DNA of 28,778 nucleotides from Candidatus Bipolaricaulota bacterium (GCA_021163015.1 JAGGXO010000124.1:1-28778), one strand, 5' to 3'. Positions 9,322-19,550 are shown, numbered from the stretch's first letter. Made by a program: numbers and translations. The notes: a model not told the origin generated them from the letters alone.

Positions 9322-9843
9322 CTATCGCCTTGGCTCGATCAACCCATAGTCCCCATCCTGTCTGTGGTATATGACGCTCACCTCATCTGTCTCGGCGTCG
9401 ATGAATACCAAGAAGCTCTTCTCAAGGGCATCGAGCTGCAGGGCAGCCTCCTCCGGCGTCATCGGCTTTTGGAAGTAGGTATGCGTCCGGATGATCTCCC
9501 GATGCAGCGGCGGTCTTTCAGTATCGCTCTCTTCATGCAAAGGCACGCCAACGCCGTGATCGTTCAGATGGTCCTTGTACTTCACTAGTTGCCGCTTGAG
9601 CTTGTCCAGCGCTTTGTCGACCGAGGCGTACATGTCCGATGACTCTTCCTGCGCCTTGATCAACTTCCGGTTCGTCAGGTGGGCGTGAAAATCGGCGATC
9701 TGTCGCTCTTTTTCCACAGATAGGACGACATCGATGCTGACTATCCTATCGAAGTAGCGACTAAGCCCCTGTGTCTTGCTCAACACATACTCGCGCAGCG
9801 TGTCACTGGATCCGATGTGCCGCTCAACGATTTTTACCTTCAT
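9322..9843 (-). CDS. hpf: Long-form ribosome hibernation promoting factor (173 aa)
   Basis: MKVKIVERH...DMYASVDKALDKLKRQLVKYK and C-terminal KPMTPEEAALQL...YHRQDGDYGLIEP; ATG 9843 follows AGGAGG. Confidence 0.93.
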   Translation of the reverse strand: MKVKIVERHIGSSDTLREYVLSKTQGLSRYFDRIVSIDVVLSVEKERQIADFHAHLTNRKLIKAQEESSDMYASVDKALDKLKRQLVKYKDHLNDHGVGVPLHEESDTERPPLHREIIRTHTYFQKPMTPEEAALQLDALEKSFLVFIDAETDEVSVIYHRQDGDYGLIEPRR

Positions 9844-9865
9844 GCCCCCTCCTTTGCGTGATCTC

Positions 9866-9894
9866 ATTGTAGCCAGAATGAGGGAGCTAGTCAA
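9866..9894 (-). promoter_or_regulatory. sigma70 promoter for hpf
   Basis: TTGACT (9894-9889), 17 bp, TACAAT (9871-9866). Confidence 0.75.
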
Positions 9895-9931
9895 CGCTTG
9901 TGCGGTTGAAATACGGTAATGAAGACCCTTC

Positions 9932-11491
9932 CTACTGCTGTGCGAGTTCAACGAGTCGAGCGCGCAACAGATCCATGATCCGGTGAAGATCGCTGTGAGC
10001 GATGTCCGGTTGGTAGAGGCCAAACTCACGACTCACGAAGTCCTTGAGAGAGCTGTGGTAGTGCATCTTTCCGCTTCGTCTTTCTCGTACCATAAGGCCC
10101 ATATCGAGGAAGTCACGTGGAGGGTCGTTATCAATTACGCCTCGTGCGCAGTTGGTCCAAGCAGCTATCTGGTCGGCGGAATATGATATGGGGGCGTGTC
10201 CAAGTACGAAGCCAAGGATACGCCGGTGAAGTATACTCTTTCTGGCAGCACGTCCCACTATTCGCTCGATATGGCGCATGACGGCGTCTGGAAGAGAGGC
10301 CGATTCGTCGGCCGAAGCAACGGGCGCCGGCACAGCCAGGGGGTTAATGTCAATCACTCCAAGTGATGTCGATGGAGAGGAGTCTCTCCCTCGCCTCGCA
10401 ACACGGCGAATAGAGTAGCTGGGAGACGTGTTCTTGGCTGCCCCAGGATGCTCAACTGAGTGCACGATCGCTTTGCTGATGTTCTGCACGTCTGGGTACG
10501 ATGGCTTAGGTACTTCCACCTTTATGTAGCCGAGAGTGCGCGCTATCCCCTCCAGACGCGCGATCGTCTCATCCTTCTTCATCGCTTCCGATTCCAGGTG
10601 AGCAAGCTGCTCCTCCAACTGATCGATGCGGGTCTTCTTCCCCTTTCCAACCTTTGCATGCTCTATCGCCTCGATGATCGCCTGGCTCACCTGCTTCAGC
10701 TCCGGGGTAACGACAACCTCAAGCGAGGGTGTGAATCCTGCGTGGAACGTCTCGCGCTCGCGCACGTAAATCGGGATTACGTTGTCGCCATTCAGGTACA
10801 CACACTCACCGGTGGATAGAGCCGTGACTATCTCTTTTGTCTCAGCTTTGCGCCAAGGCAAGAGCTCCGAATAGACGCGCATGTCCACTTCGTGCACCAC
10901 GCGGTGGAGGAAGAGCATCCCCGCCTGGCTCAGAACGTCTTTGTCGACCTTGGCGCTGCGCTGGGAGATGACTATTGCACCCAACCCTCGTTTTCTTCCT
11001 CGGAGGGCAACACGCGCAATCAGCTCCTTGAGCTCGGTCTTCACCCCTTGCGGGATGAATTCGTGCGCCTCCTCGATTCCAATGATGTAGGGGTGTCGCA
11101 GCTTCCCCGCCAGATTCCACAGCGCCGTTAGGTATTCCTGAAGGAACGCTGTCCGCTCATCGGAGAGGAATCCGGAGAGATCAACAACGACAGGTACATT
11201 CTTCTCCATGCTGATCTGCGCTATCTCTTGCGCGCAATTCTCATCGACCTCGATCTCGACGCCCTCGCCCCTTCCCACGACAAGCACCTCGTACTTTTCC
11301 TTCAGCCCGAAGTACTCACCATCGATATCTATTATGGAGAGCGGGTAATTGTTGCGCAGCAACTCTTCGAAGATGACCCCGGCTGTGTTCGATTTTCCGG
11401 ACCCGCGAATGCCGAGGATTGCGATGCACTGCCCGATGATATCCTCCAGGTCAAGTTCGAGGTCACTGCTAATTGAGAGTGGAATTCCCAT
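9932..11491 (-). CDS. HerA/FtsK-superfamily (DUF87-like) P-loop ATPase with coiled coil and putative C-terminal winged helix
   Basis: Walker A GIRGSGKS, IIDIDGEY, Walker B IGIEEAHEF, arginine finger RGRKRG, ISQR motif; heptad run RIDQLEEQLAHLESE...LEGIARTL. Confidence 0.85.
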   Translation of the reverse strand: MGIPLSISSDLELDLEDIIGQCIAILGIRGSGKSNTAGVIFEELLRNNYPLSIIDIDGEYFGLKEKYEVLVVGRGEGVEIEVDENCAQEIAQISMEKNVPVVVDLSGFLSDERTAFLQEYLTALWNLAGKLRHPYIIGIEEAHEFIPQGVKTELKELIARVALRGRKRGLGAIVISQRSAKVDKDVLSQAGMLFLHRVVHEVDMRVYSELLPWRKAETKEIVTALSTGECVYLNGDNVIPIYVRERETFHAGFTPSLEVVVTPELKQVSQAIIEAIEHAKVGKGKKTRIDQLEEQLAHLESEAMKKDETIARLEGIARTLGYIKVEVPKPSYPDVQNISKAIVHSVEHPGAAKNTSPSYSIRRVARRGRDSSPSTSLGVIDINPLAVPAPVASADESASLPDAVMRHIERIVGRAARKSILHRRILGFVLGHAPISYSADQIAAWTNCARGVIDNDPPRDFLDMGLMVRERRSGKMHYHSSLKDFVSREFGLYQPDIAHSDLHRIMDLLRARLVELAQQ

Positions 11492-11590
11492 GGTGCGTGG
11501 CGAGATGTTCCCTCACCTGTTTCTCCCCTTTCATTGCTTGATTTAGGGAGAGACTAGCACCGTGCGCCCAACCGTCACAGGGCGCATGTC

Positions 11591-13078
11591 CTATCTCGGG
11601 CGGTCCTCGTTCCCTTTCGCCCCATCTGCAAGAAGGTCCATTGCCGCTGAAATTGCGTCCTGTCGCGTGTCTATCTCACCCGCAAGGATTCGATCATGGA
11701 TTACTTCCAACACCTTTCCCAAGCGCGGTCCAGGCGAGGCCCCTTTCTCGATCAGCATGTGCCCGTCGACAAGCTCACGCGCTCGCTTCAGGTCGCAGAC
11801 GCGCTCCATGTGATCGATGACGCGCAACGTCTCCCGAAGGATCGGTGCCCAGCCCGAGGATTTGTGCGCGCACGCCTCACAGTCAGCAACGAGAACTTGG
11901 AGCAGATCGAAGAAGAGCGGATAGCGATCGCGCAGGGATGCTTGTTGCAATTCCGGAGTGTCAGAATTGCCTTTGGAACCTATTCCCTCGCTCACGAAGC
12001 GCACCTGCTTCCCGCGCCCCATCTTTGGGAAGTCGGCGATACGCATGTGATTCTTCACCAGGAATACTAAGCGCGCGATATCGTGTCTGCTCATGCGCAG
12101 GCGCGTTCCGATCTTTCGCGTCATGCGTGCCCCGATCGCATCATGTCCACCCATGTTCACACCATCATTTCGGGCAAGCGCCTTCGGTTTTCCGATATCG
12201 TGCAAGAGGATCGCCATCTTCACGATCGGATCGAACACGAACCGATCAGCGATACGCATCGCCAAGAGCGTGTGCACGTACACATCCCCCTCCGGGTGGT
12301 ACTCTTCAGGCTGCGGTACTCCCTTCATTGCCGTTACCTCAGGAAGGATGTGAGGGAGCAGGCCAAGCTGATCTAGAAGCTCAATCCCTCGCGCGGAGGC
12401 AGGGGTGGCAAGCGTTCGCAGAATTTCATCGCAGATCCGCTCCCAAGAGATAGACTCTATCTTGGCAGCGTTTACAGCGATCGCCTCAGCAGTCGCTGGG
12501 TCGATCCTCCCACCAATCCGGCAGGCAAAGCGGATTGTACGCAACATTCTCAGGTAATCCTCTGCAAAGCGCACTTGAGGATCACCTATTGCTCGGATCA
12601 ATCCGGCCTTCAGATCCTCGATCCCCCCAACCAGGTCGATTACCTTGCCATCGCCGGTGGCCGCGAGACCATTTATGGTCAAATCGCGCCGATTGACGTC
12701 ACCAGATAGGTCACGCACAAGATCGATCTTCCCTGGCCATCGCCCATCGTACTCCCCTTCGGTGCGAAAGGTGGCAACCTCATACTGCTGAGAGTCCGGC
12801 GCAGCGATAACCAGCACCCCGAATTCCTCTCCCACCCCGACGATTGGACGGTCGCGAAAGAGACGCCGAACTTCTTGTGGAAGCGCCGATGTGGCGATAT
12901 CGACCTCGTGCGGTGAGAACCCGATCGACGGATCGAGTAGCGCGCACACACCGTCACGCACGACACCTCCGATCAAGACCGCCTCGTAACCGGCGGCGTT
13001 CAGCCGATCGAGGATCTCGCGCGCGAACGGATGCTGCTCGAAAATCTTCTCCGTATCGATGCGGTAATCGCTACTCAT
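11591..13078 (-). CDS. cca: Class II tRNA nucleotidyltransferase (CCA-adding) with HD domain
   Basis: GGVVRD, EVDIAT, RRDLTIN, EDYLRMLR, HPEGDVYVHT...LLHDIGKP. ATG 13078 preferred because the upstream in-frame start lies inside the promoter. Confidence 0.88.
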   Translation of the reverse strand: MSSDYRIDTEKIFEQHPFAREILDRLNAAGYEAVLIGGVVRDGVCALLDPSIGFSPHEVDIATSALPQEVRRLFRDRPIVGVGEEFGVLVIAAPDSQQYEVATFRTEGEYDGRWPGKIDLVRDLSGDVNRRDLTINGLAATGDGKVIDLVGGIEDLKAGLIRAIGDPQVRFAEDYLRMLRTIRFACRIGGRIDPATAEAIAVNAAKIESISWERICDEILRTLATPASARGIELLDQLGLLPHILPEVTAMKGVPQPEEYHPEGDVYVHTLLAMRIADRFVFDPIVKMAILLHDIGKPKALARNDGVNMGGHDAIGARMTRKIGTRLRMSRHDIARLVFLVKNHMRIADFPKMGRGKQVRFVSEGIGSKGNSDTPELQQASLRDRYPLFFDLLQVLVADCEACAHKSSGWAPILRETLRVIDHMERVCDLKRARELVDGHMLIEKGASPGPRLGKVLEVIHDRILAGEIDTRQDAISAAMDLLADGAKGNEDRPR

Positions 13079-13088
13079 GGCAAGCCTG

Positions 13089-13118
13089 ACTATACCGAGC
13101 ACAGAAGAGGGTGCGCAA
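13089..13118 (-). promoter_or_regulatory. Putative sigma70 promoter for cca (very short leader)
   Basis: TTGCGC, 18 bp, TATAGT (13094-13089); only 10 nt from the -10 box to the ATG. Confidence 0.5.
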
Positions 13119-13267
13119 GCCTGGATGGCGCATCAGCCACCTCATGCTGATATCCTGGGCAGTGTTGTCTTTGCTTCAGCACATCCATAATCCATCAGGC
13201 AAACTGCTTACAGGTATATCGAATCTTCATGTTCGATCGAGGATAATCTTCCTATGGAGGGGAGAAG

Positions 13268-13939
13268 ATGTGTCGCATGATCGCAGCGCCGGTTGGTATT
13301 TCGGGAGAGAGAATTATCGAACCATTCTTGCGCATGGCCCGCGGGGAGAACGCACTGCACGAGCACAATTCAACACTTGGTGAATTCGACCACCCCGATG
13401 GTTGGGGTGTTGTGTACAAGGAGGAAGATTCATGCGAGCACTACCGCAGTGCACGCGCATGCTGGGACGACAGAGAAATCGAAGCCTTGAAGGATCGCAC
13501 GATCCTCCTCATGCACGCGCGGCGCGCATCGCGAGGAACGGTAAACGTAGGAAACGTTCACCCATTTAACATCAAGCGCAATGGCAGATCCTGGTACTTC
13601 TGTCACAACGGAACGATCGACGATCCGGCGATCGCCAAGTACCGCGGAGAAACCGATTCGGAGCGCTACTTCCGTTTCCTCCTCGATCATCTTGACATGA
13701 ATGATCGGCTTGCCAGCATCGAAACAGCGGTCAATCAGCTTCGCAACCACACTTCACTCAACGCCTTTCTCACGGATGGTGACCACTTCTACGTTATCAA
13801 TCGATTCTCCACCTCCCCGCGCTACTACACCCTCTATCTCCAGAATGGGGATGATGGCCCGATCATCTCCTCCGAGCCACTTGCGGATCTGGGGAAGGAT
13901 TGGCAACCGCTGGAGCACGGAAGCATCATCTCCTATTGA
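13268..13939 (+). CDS. Class II (Ntn) glutamine amidotransferase, YafJ/EgtC-like
   Basis: N-terminal MCRM, HPDGWG, HARRAS, NVHPF, FCHNGTI, GETDSE; GGAGGGG SD. Confidence 0.9.
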   Translation: MCRMIAAPVGISGERIIEPFLRMARGENALHEHNSTLGEFDHPDGWGVVYKEEDSCEHYRSARACWDDREIEALKDRTILLMHARRASRGTVNVGNVHPFNIKRNGRSWYFCHNGTIDDPAIAKYRGETDSERYFRFLLDHLDMNDRLASIETAVNQLRNHTSLNAFLTDGDHFYVINRFSTSPRYYTLYLQNGDDGPIISSEPLADLGKDWQPLEHGSIISY

Positions 13940-14069
13940 TACACGCTAAGAACGGAACCCTGATCGACTAGTCCGACCCTCTCATACACCTTGCTAGCAG
14001 CCTTGCGCAAGCCCGAGTGATCGTCGTACACTTTCTATGATGCTCAAACACTCGGGAGGTGATCGCATC

Positions 14070-14981
14070 ATGATCAGGAGCGTGAGCTACTTCACACTTC
14101 TGTTTGCATCCATCCTCTTCGTTTCACTCCTTGTCTGCGGTGAGCAACGCAACCTACTGTCAGCTCAGGGGGTGCGGGCCGAGGATGGTGACACGATAGT
14201 GGTGCAGCTTCCAGACGGAACGAGGATGGACGTGCGCTACGCATCGATCAACGCCCCGGGAAGCGATCAATGCATGGGCAAAGAAGCAACAGCATTCAAC
14301 GATGATCTAATCAAAGGCAAAGGGATCTGGCTGGATGTGCACCCAGTCAAGGGCGGGTACGAGATGGCGCAGGGGAGAGTGCTGGCGCACGTCTTCCTCT
14401 CACCCACAGTTTCGCAGACGAGTAGCGTCTCGGCGCTGTTGGTGGCGGAGGGTCTGGCGCGACTCGATGTGTTCAATCCGAGTGACACGGCAATCAGAAA
14501 CGGGGACGACTTCTCCGTGCGCTACACCGACCTCATCATTTCGACCCAGATCGAAGCGGTGAAGGGAAGACGCGGATGGTGGGGAGAATGCGACGGTTAT
14601 CTGGGGACTTATCTGAAGACCGCCGCGGTTAAACAGTGGAGCGATGATGAGATCGTCTACATAGTGAATCGCGGGAAGGAATCTATCGACCTCGCCGCGG
14701 GTTGGACACTCACCGACTCATCTGCTAGCGACCGAAACTCGCTCGATCTGAGCGAGCACATCGTGGGAACCTGCCTCCTTCCTCCCGGGGGGATCATGCG
14801 GGTGCATTCAGGATCGATCGCCACAGGAAGATCGGAAGAGCACACGCCTTGCGGCCAGCAGACGATCGACTTCTACTGGACAGGGCATCGTATTTGGGAT
14901 CAAAATAAGGACAAGGCACGCCTCTACTCAGCACACGGCGATCTAATCGATACTTATATCTACCGGCGCAACTGGAAGTAG
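14070..14981 (+). CDS. Exported thermonuclease (SNase)-like domain plus lamin-tail domain protein
   Basis: Hydrophobic N-terminal signal; DGDT, GRVLAHV, LVAEGLAR, RGWWG; LTD features VNRGKESIDLAAGWTLTD, PGGIMRVHSG, IWDQNKDKARLY. ATG 14070 follows GGAGGTG. Confidence 0.8.
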   Translation: MIRSVSYFTLLFASILFVSLLVCGEQRNLLSAQGVRAEDGDTIVVQLPDGTRMDVRYASINAPGSDQCMGKEATAFNDDLIKGKGIWLDVHPVKGGYEMAQGRVLAHVFLSPTVSQTSSVSALLVAEGLARLDVFNPSDTAIRNGDDFSVRYTDLIISTQIEAVKGRRGWWGECDGYLGTYLKTAAVKQWSDDEIVYIVNRGKESIDLAAGWTLTDSSASDRNSLDLSEHIVGTCLLPPGGIMRVHSGSIATGRSEEHTPCGQQTIDFYWTGHRIWDQNKDKARLYSAHGDLIDTYIYRRNWK

Positions 14982-14993
14982 CAAAAGAGGACA

Positions 14994-16727
14994 TCAGAAC
15001 AGGCCAATGATCTCTCCGTTCTCGTCGAGGTCGATGTGCATGAACGCCGGCTGTGAGGGCAGCCCCGGCATGGTGCGCATCTCACCGCACAGGGGGTAGA
15101 TGAACCCCGCCCCCACGCTTGCCCTCACCTCACGCACTGGCAGCGTGTACCCATTTGGAACGCCTTTCTTGTTTGGATCGTGCGAGATAGACAGGTGTGT
15201 CTTGGCCATGCAAATCGGGAGGCCGGCAAACCCAGACTCTGTATAGCGCTTGATCTGAGCGCGTGCCGTTTCAGAGAAAGCAACCCCATCGGCGTTGTAC
15301 ACCTCACGGGCTATCGTCTCTACTTTCTTCTCGATTGACCAATCTAGCGGATAGAGGAGATGGAAATCCTTCTCCTGCTCACACGCCTCGCTCACTGCAC
15401 GTGCCAGATCGACTGCCCCCTCGCCTCCACGTGCCCAGTGATCGGCAACGACGGCTGCGTACGCCCCAGCGACTTCCGCTTCTCTGCATGTTAACTTGAG
15501 CTCCGCATCGCTGTCCTCGGGGAAGCGATTTACGGCAACCACGACCGGGATGCCGAACTTGCGTGCAATCTTAATATGGTGGACCAAATTAGCCATTCCC
15601 CGCTCCAGGAGGTCGATATTCTCCCGGGTATACTCGGGATCGAGCGGTCTTCCAGCGACGACCTTTGGACCACCACCGTGCATCTTCAGTGCTCTCACCG
15701 TGGCCACGAGTACAACCACATCTGGAACTAGACCGCTCGTGCGGCACTTAATGTCAAAGAACTTCTCCATACCGATGTCCGCGCCGAACCCAGACTCGGT
15801 GACCACGTAGTCTGCAAGGAGGAGACCCATCCGATCGGCGATAATCGACGAGTTGCCGTGCGCGATGTTGGCGAAGGGTCCGGCATGAACGAAGACCGGT
15901 TGCCCTTCAAGCGTCTGCATCAAAGTGGGCTTCACTGTTTCCTTCATCAACACCGCCGCCGCTCCAGCAACACCGAGGTCCTCAGTTGTGACCGGCTTGT
16001 GGGTTCTGTTGTAACCGATCACGATCCGACCAATCCGCTCCCTTAGATCCTTTAGGTTACCTGCAAGAGCCAAGATCGCCATTAGCTCCGAGGAGACGGT
16101 GATATCGAACGCGCTCTCCCTAGGGACGCCATCCACTCGCTTGCCCAACCCAACAATTACGTGGCGTAGGGCACGGTCGTTCACGTCGAGAACCCTGTTC
16201 CAGGTGATAGAATAGGGATCGATGTCCAGCCTCTTGAGCCCCCTCTTCTCCCATGATGCCGGCGATTGATTCCGCTCATGCAGCATGCGTGCATCGATCG
16301 CCGCGGCGATCAGGTTGTGGGCAGAGCCTATGGCGTGGATGTCGCCGGTAAGATGAAGGTTGAACTCCTCCATTGGGATCACCTGCGCGTGCCCACCGCC
16401 GGCCGCCCCACCCTTGATCCCGAACGTCGGCCCCTGCGACGGCTGGCGAATGCAAGCAAGAGATCTCTTTCCAAGCCGTCCCAGCCCCTGCACGAGGCCG
16501 ATTGTCGTTGTGGTCTTCCCTTCGCCTAGAGGAGTAGGGGTGATCGCGGTAACATCTATGTACTTCCCTCGCGCAGTGCCAGCAACGCGATCCAGCACCG
16601 AGAGTTTGACCTTGGCCTTTGTCGTACCGTATGGGTCGATTTCATCCGCTTGGAGTCCTAGCCTATCCGCAATCTCGGTTATCGGCCGCACTACTGCTGC
16701 CTGCGCAATTCTCAGATCCTCGTTCAA
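14994..16727 (-). CDS. fhs: Formate--tetrahydrofolate ligase
   Basis: [68 protein letters not shown]; TTG start follows GGAGGT. Confidence 0.97.
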   Translation of the reverse strand: MNEDLRIAQAAVVRPITEIADRLGLQADEIDPYGTTKAKVKLSVLDRVAGTARGKYIDVTAITPTPLGEGKTTTTIGLVQGLGRLGKRSLACIRQPSQGPTFGIKGGAAGGGHAQVIPMEEFNLHLTGDIHAIGSAHNLIAAAIDARMLHERNQSPASWEKRGLKRLDIDPYSITWNRVLDVNDRALRHVIVGLGKRVDGVPRESAFDITVSSELMAILALAGNLKDLRERIGRIVIGYNRTHKPVTTEDLGVAGAAAVLMKETVKPTLMQTLEGQPVFVHAGPFANIAHGNSSIIADRMGLLLADYVVTESGFGADIGMEKFFDIKCRTSGLVPDVVVLVATVRALKMHGGGPKVVAGRPLDPEYTRENIDLLERGMANLVHHIKIARKFGIPVVVAVNRFPEDSDAELKLTCREAEVAGAYAAVVADHWARGGEGAVDLARAVSEACEQEKDFHLLYPLDWSIEKKVETIAREVYNADGVAFSETARAQIKRYTESGFAGLPICMAKTHLSISHDPNKKGVPNGYTLPVREVRASVGAGFIYPLCGEMRTMPGLPSQPAFMHIDLDENGEIIGLF

Positions 16728-17392
16728 TCGATACCTCCCTCATGTGAAGAAGAGCCCTGTTCAGAACTCCCCTTGGACTCCAGATACAGTTTTGTAAGCA
16801 GGATGTTCGTCCAGGCAAAGGTAAGAGCCGATGCAACAAGAGCATACAGGTCCCACAATGCGCTCACCGGGACGAAGAAGACAGCAACAGCGGGCAGATA
16901 GAAGAGCGAGAGGGAAGCAAACAGCGGCAGGAGCCCTCGCCACTTTCTCGTGCGAGCAAGGCTCATCTTCAATGGCGAGATTCCACGTGCTCCGCCAATG
17001 AGTATCTCCTGCTTGTAGAAGATCAATCGCAGACCGAAGTAGATTCCCGGAATGACAAACAGAGTTCCACCAGCAACAACGATAGCGTTCACCAGAAACT
17101 CGCCGAGGATGAGCGACCCATAGCTGGGGAGTACACGTGCCAGTGCTCGCACAATCGAAAGCTTTGCTCCATTCCTCTGCGCCTGCAATAGAAGGATGAA
17201 TCCACCATTGAAAAACGGGGAGAGCAAAATGAGGCTAGCCATCGTGATCACCCAGCGGGGGTTAGCAATGTCATACAGGTTGGCTTGCATGTTCACAAGG
17301 TAGAAGACACCAGTGAAAGCAAGCGCCCACACGAGGAGCAATGAATGCCGAAATGGCTGCAGAAGAGTCTCCTTAATCTGCAGGTAACTCAT
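16724..17392 (-). CDS. Multi-pass membrane protein, unknown function
   Basis: About 5-6 hydrophobic segments, including [16 protein letters not shown]; ATG 17392 overlaps the rbfA end; its TGA overlaps the fhs TTG. Confidence 0.7.
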   Translation of the reverse strand: MSYLQIKETLLQPFRHSLLLVWALAFTGVFYLVNMQANLYDIANPRWVITMASLILLSPFFNGGFILLLQAQRNGAKLSIVRALARVLPSYGSLILGEFLVNAIVVAGGTLFVIPGIYFGLRLIFYKQEILIGGARGISPLKMSLARTRKWRGLLPLFASLSLFYLPAVAVFFVPVSALWDLYALVASALTFAWTNILLTKLYLESKGSSEQGSSSHEGGID

Positions 17393-17738
17393 CGTCCTCG
17401 TCTTCCAATAGCTTCTCAAGTCGCATTGCCCATTCCACTGTCTCGTCCAGGACGAATTCCAGCTGGGGTGTGTAACGGGTTGTCAACCTTCTGGCAAGTT
17501 GCGTACGAAAGAAGCCACGATCACGAGCAAATGCTTCGACGATCTCCTCCTTGCTCGCTGTAGTGGCACCAACAGCGATGTACACCTTGGCATAGCGAGC
17601 ATCGACGGAGAGCCTCACGTCCATTACTGTGGGAAATGCTTCTCTGATTATCGGGTCGCGTGCTTCGAATTCGACTATTGTCGATAGCTCACGCTTGATC
17701 TCTTCGCGCGTTCTTGCCCTTCCGCGTCCGTCAGTCAT
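17373..17738 (-). CDS. rbfA: Ribosome-binding factor A
   Basis: EEIKRELSTI...RDP, DVRLSVDARYAKVY, RYTPQLEFVLDETVE; directly downstream of infB. Confidence 0.92.
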   Translation of the reverse strand: MTDGRGRARTREEIKRELSTIVEFEARDPIIREAFPTVMDVRLSVDARYAKVYIAVGATTASKEEIVEAFARDRGFFRTQLARRLTTRYTPQLEFVLDETVEWAMRLEKLLEDEDDELPAD

Positions 17739-17798
17739 CGTTTTCCCTTCTCCCTTCTGTACAAGGGAAGAGATCTTCTTGGAAGATCCCGATGATCT

Positions 17799-19550
17799 CT
17801 ATCTTTCAATCTCCTTGAGAGCGAAGACCGACAGACGATCGCCCGGCTGAACATCGTCAAAATCCTTGATGCGGATACCACACTCCCGGCCGTTTTGCAC
17901 CTCACGGACGTTCTCAGTGAAGCGATGCAGAGAGAGTATCTCACCCACAAATTGCTCCTCGTCATCTCGTAGCACGCGCACCTTAGCCTTGCGCTCAACC
18001 TTGCCATCGGTGACATAACATCCAGCAACAACACCATCTGGGATCTTGAACACCTCGCGTACCTCTGCTTCTCCAATGTGCTCTTCTTCGTACTCGGGAG
18101 CGAGCATACTCTTCAGCGCACGTTCGATCTCGTTCAGCAGGTCATAGATGATGTCATACGTAAGAATAATGACTCCGCTGTGCTCGGCAAGCCTAGCTGC
18201 CTTGCTATCAGCACTTACCCCGAATCCAACAACTATGCAGTCCTCGGCGATACTCGAAGCAAGGAGCACATCTCCCTCGGAGATGGGGCCGACTCCGGTG
18301 TGAAGAAACTCCACCTTGATCCCCTCTACCCCGATCCCTCCTATCTCTCGCTTTGCAGCCTCCAATGCCCCTGTCGAGGAGGCCTTGAGGACAAGGCGCA
18401 GCTTCTCGGCCTCCATTGCCTCTCGGAAGAGATCTTCCACACTCATCTTCGCTCGCGAGCGGCGCGGGGCAGCCTCTTGCTGCTTCTGCTTGGCAGCGGC
18501 TATCTTGGCTTCGTTTTGGGATTTCACGACCTCGATCATTGTCCCGACATGTGGAATATCCTGCAGTCCAAGGATCTCAACCGCTTTGCCCGGCCCAGCT
18601 TCACTAACCCGCGCACCAGTATCGTCGGTCATCGCCCGCACACGTCCCCAGGTGGAGCCAGCCACCATGATATCCTTTTCGCGCAGCGTTCCATTCTTCA
18701 CAACAGCAGTGGCCACGGGCCCTCGGCCCTTGGCAAGGTGACTCTCGATGATGACGGCTCCCAGGGGGCCGGCCGGATCAGCACGCAGGTTCTCCATCTC
18801 CGCAACGAGGAGGATCATCTCCAGTAAATCGTTGATGTTCTCTCCCTTCAACGCGGAGATGGGTACAGTGATCGTTTCCCCTCCCCATGTCTCTGGGGTA
18901 AGCCCATGTTTCGTTAGATCCTGCATCACCCGGTCAATATCCGCATTTGGCTTGTCAATCTTATTTATCGCGACGATCATCGGGATGCCAGCCGTCTTTA
19001 TGTGATCGATCGCCTCCACCGTCTGTTCCATGATCCCATCATCTGCGGCAACCACCAAGACAGCAATGTCAGTGGCCTTCGCTCCACGTGCGCGCATCCC
19101 CGTGAACGCCTTGTGCCCGGGCGTATCGATGAATGTGATGGTCTGTCCGCCCAGATTGGCTTGATAGGCAGCCACGCCTTGCGTGATTCCACCAACTTCC
19201 TTGGAGGTGACATGCGAATGTCTTATCGTATCAAGGAGCGTGGTCTTTCCATGATCAATGTGCCCGAGAACAGAGACAATCGGCGGACGCGGTGAACCGT
19301 GATCCGCCTTCTGTTTCTTTTCTCCCTTCTTGTCCGCAGTTTCGGATACCCTCTCGATCTCTTCCGCAACGGCCTCTGACTCAACCACGGTCTCTTCCTG
19401 ATACAGGTTGACGATCAGGCCATATTCTTCTTCATCAACAGAGTTCGCAGCCTTGAGACCGGGCATCCCCATCTCGTCAAGCTTACTGATCAGCTCTTTA
19501 CTGGTAACCCCAAACTCTCTTGCAATCTCGTATATTCTCTTCCTTGTCAC
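17799..19550 (-). CDS. infB: Translation initiation factor IF-2 (short form, 583 aa)
   Basis: IF2_[11 protein letters not shown]; G motifs [18 protein letters not shown]; C2 domain GRECGI. Confidence 0.98.
   Translation of the reverse strand: MTRKRIYEIAREFGVTSKELISKLDEMGMPGLKAANSVDEEEYGLIVNLYQEETVVESEAVAEEIERVSETADKKGEKKQKADHGSPRPPIVSVLGHIDHGKTTLLDTIRHSHVTSKEVGGITQGVAAYQANLGGQTITFIDTPGHKAFTGMRARGAKATDIAVLVVAADDGIMEQTVEAIDHIKTAGIPMIVAINKIDKPNADIDRVMQDLTKHGLTPETWGGETITVPISALKGENINDLLEMILLVAEMENLRADPAGPLGAVIIESHLAKGRGPVATAVVKNGTLREKDIMVAGSTWGRVRAMTDDTGARVSEAGPGKAVEILGLQDIPHVGTMIEVVKSQNEAKIAAAKQKQQEAAPRRSRAKMSVEDLFREAMEAEKLRLVLKASSTGALEAAKREIGGIGVEGIKVEFLHTGVGPISEGDVLLASSIAEDCIVVGFGVSADSKAARLAEHSGVIILTYDIIYDLLNEIERALKSMLAPEYEEEHIGEAEVREVFKIPDGVVAGCYVTDGKVERKAKVRVLRDDEEQFVGEILSLHRFTENVREVQNGRECGIRIKDFDDVQPGDRLSVFALKEIER

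Noticed and set aside
9844-10029. Long N-terminal extension of hpf in the ORF track
   Set aside because: It overlaps the HerA end and the hpf promoter; SD plus ATG at 9843 fits better. The same logic applies to the extended starts at 20799, 23458, 14037 and 28381.
13079-13267. cca-amidotransferase spacer as a riboswitch or ncRNA
   Set aside because: Only short stems; I recognise no aptamer consensus. A covariance-model search would be needed to exclude one.
14012-14056. 8-bp inverted repeat CCCGAGTG/CACTCGGG reaching the SNase-LTD SD
   Set aside because: The left arm probably lies upstream of the likely TSS (TACACT -10), so it would not be in the mRNA; too weak alone.
17799-19550. IF2 looks truncated (583 aa)
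   Set aside because: It has the IF2_N, G and C domains plus its own promoter; short IF2 is known, for example in Thermus.
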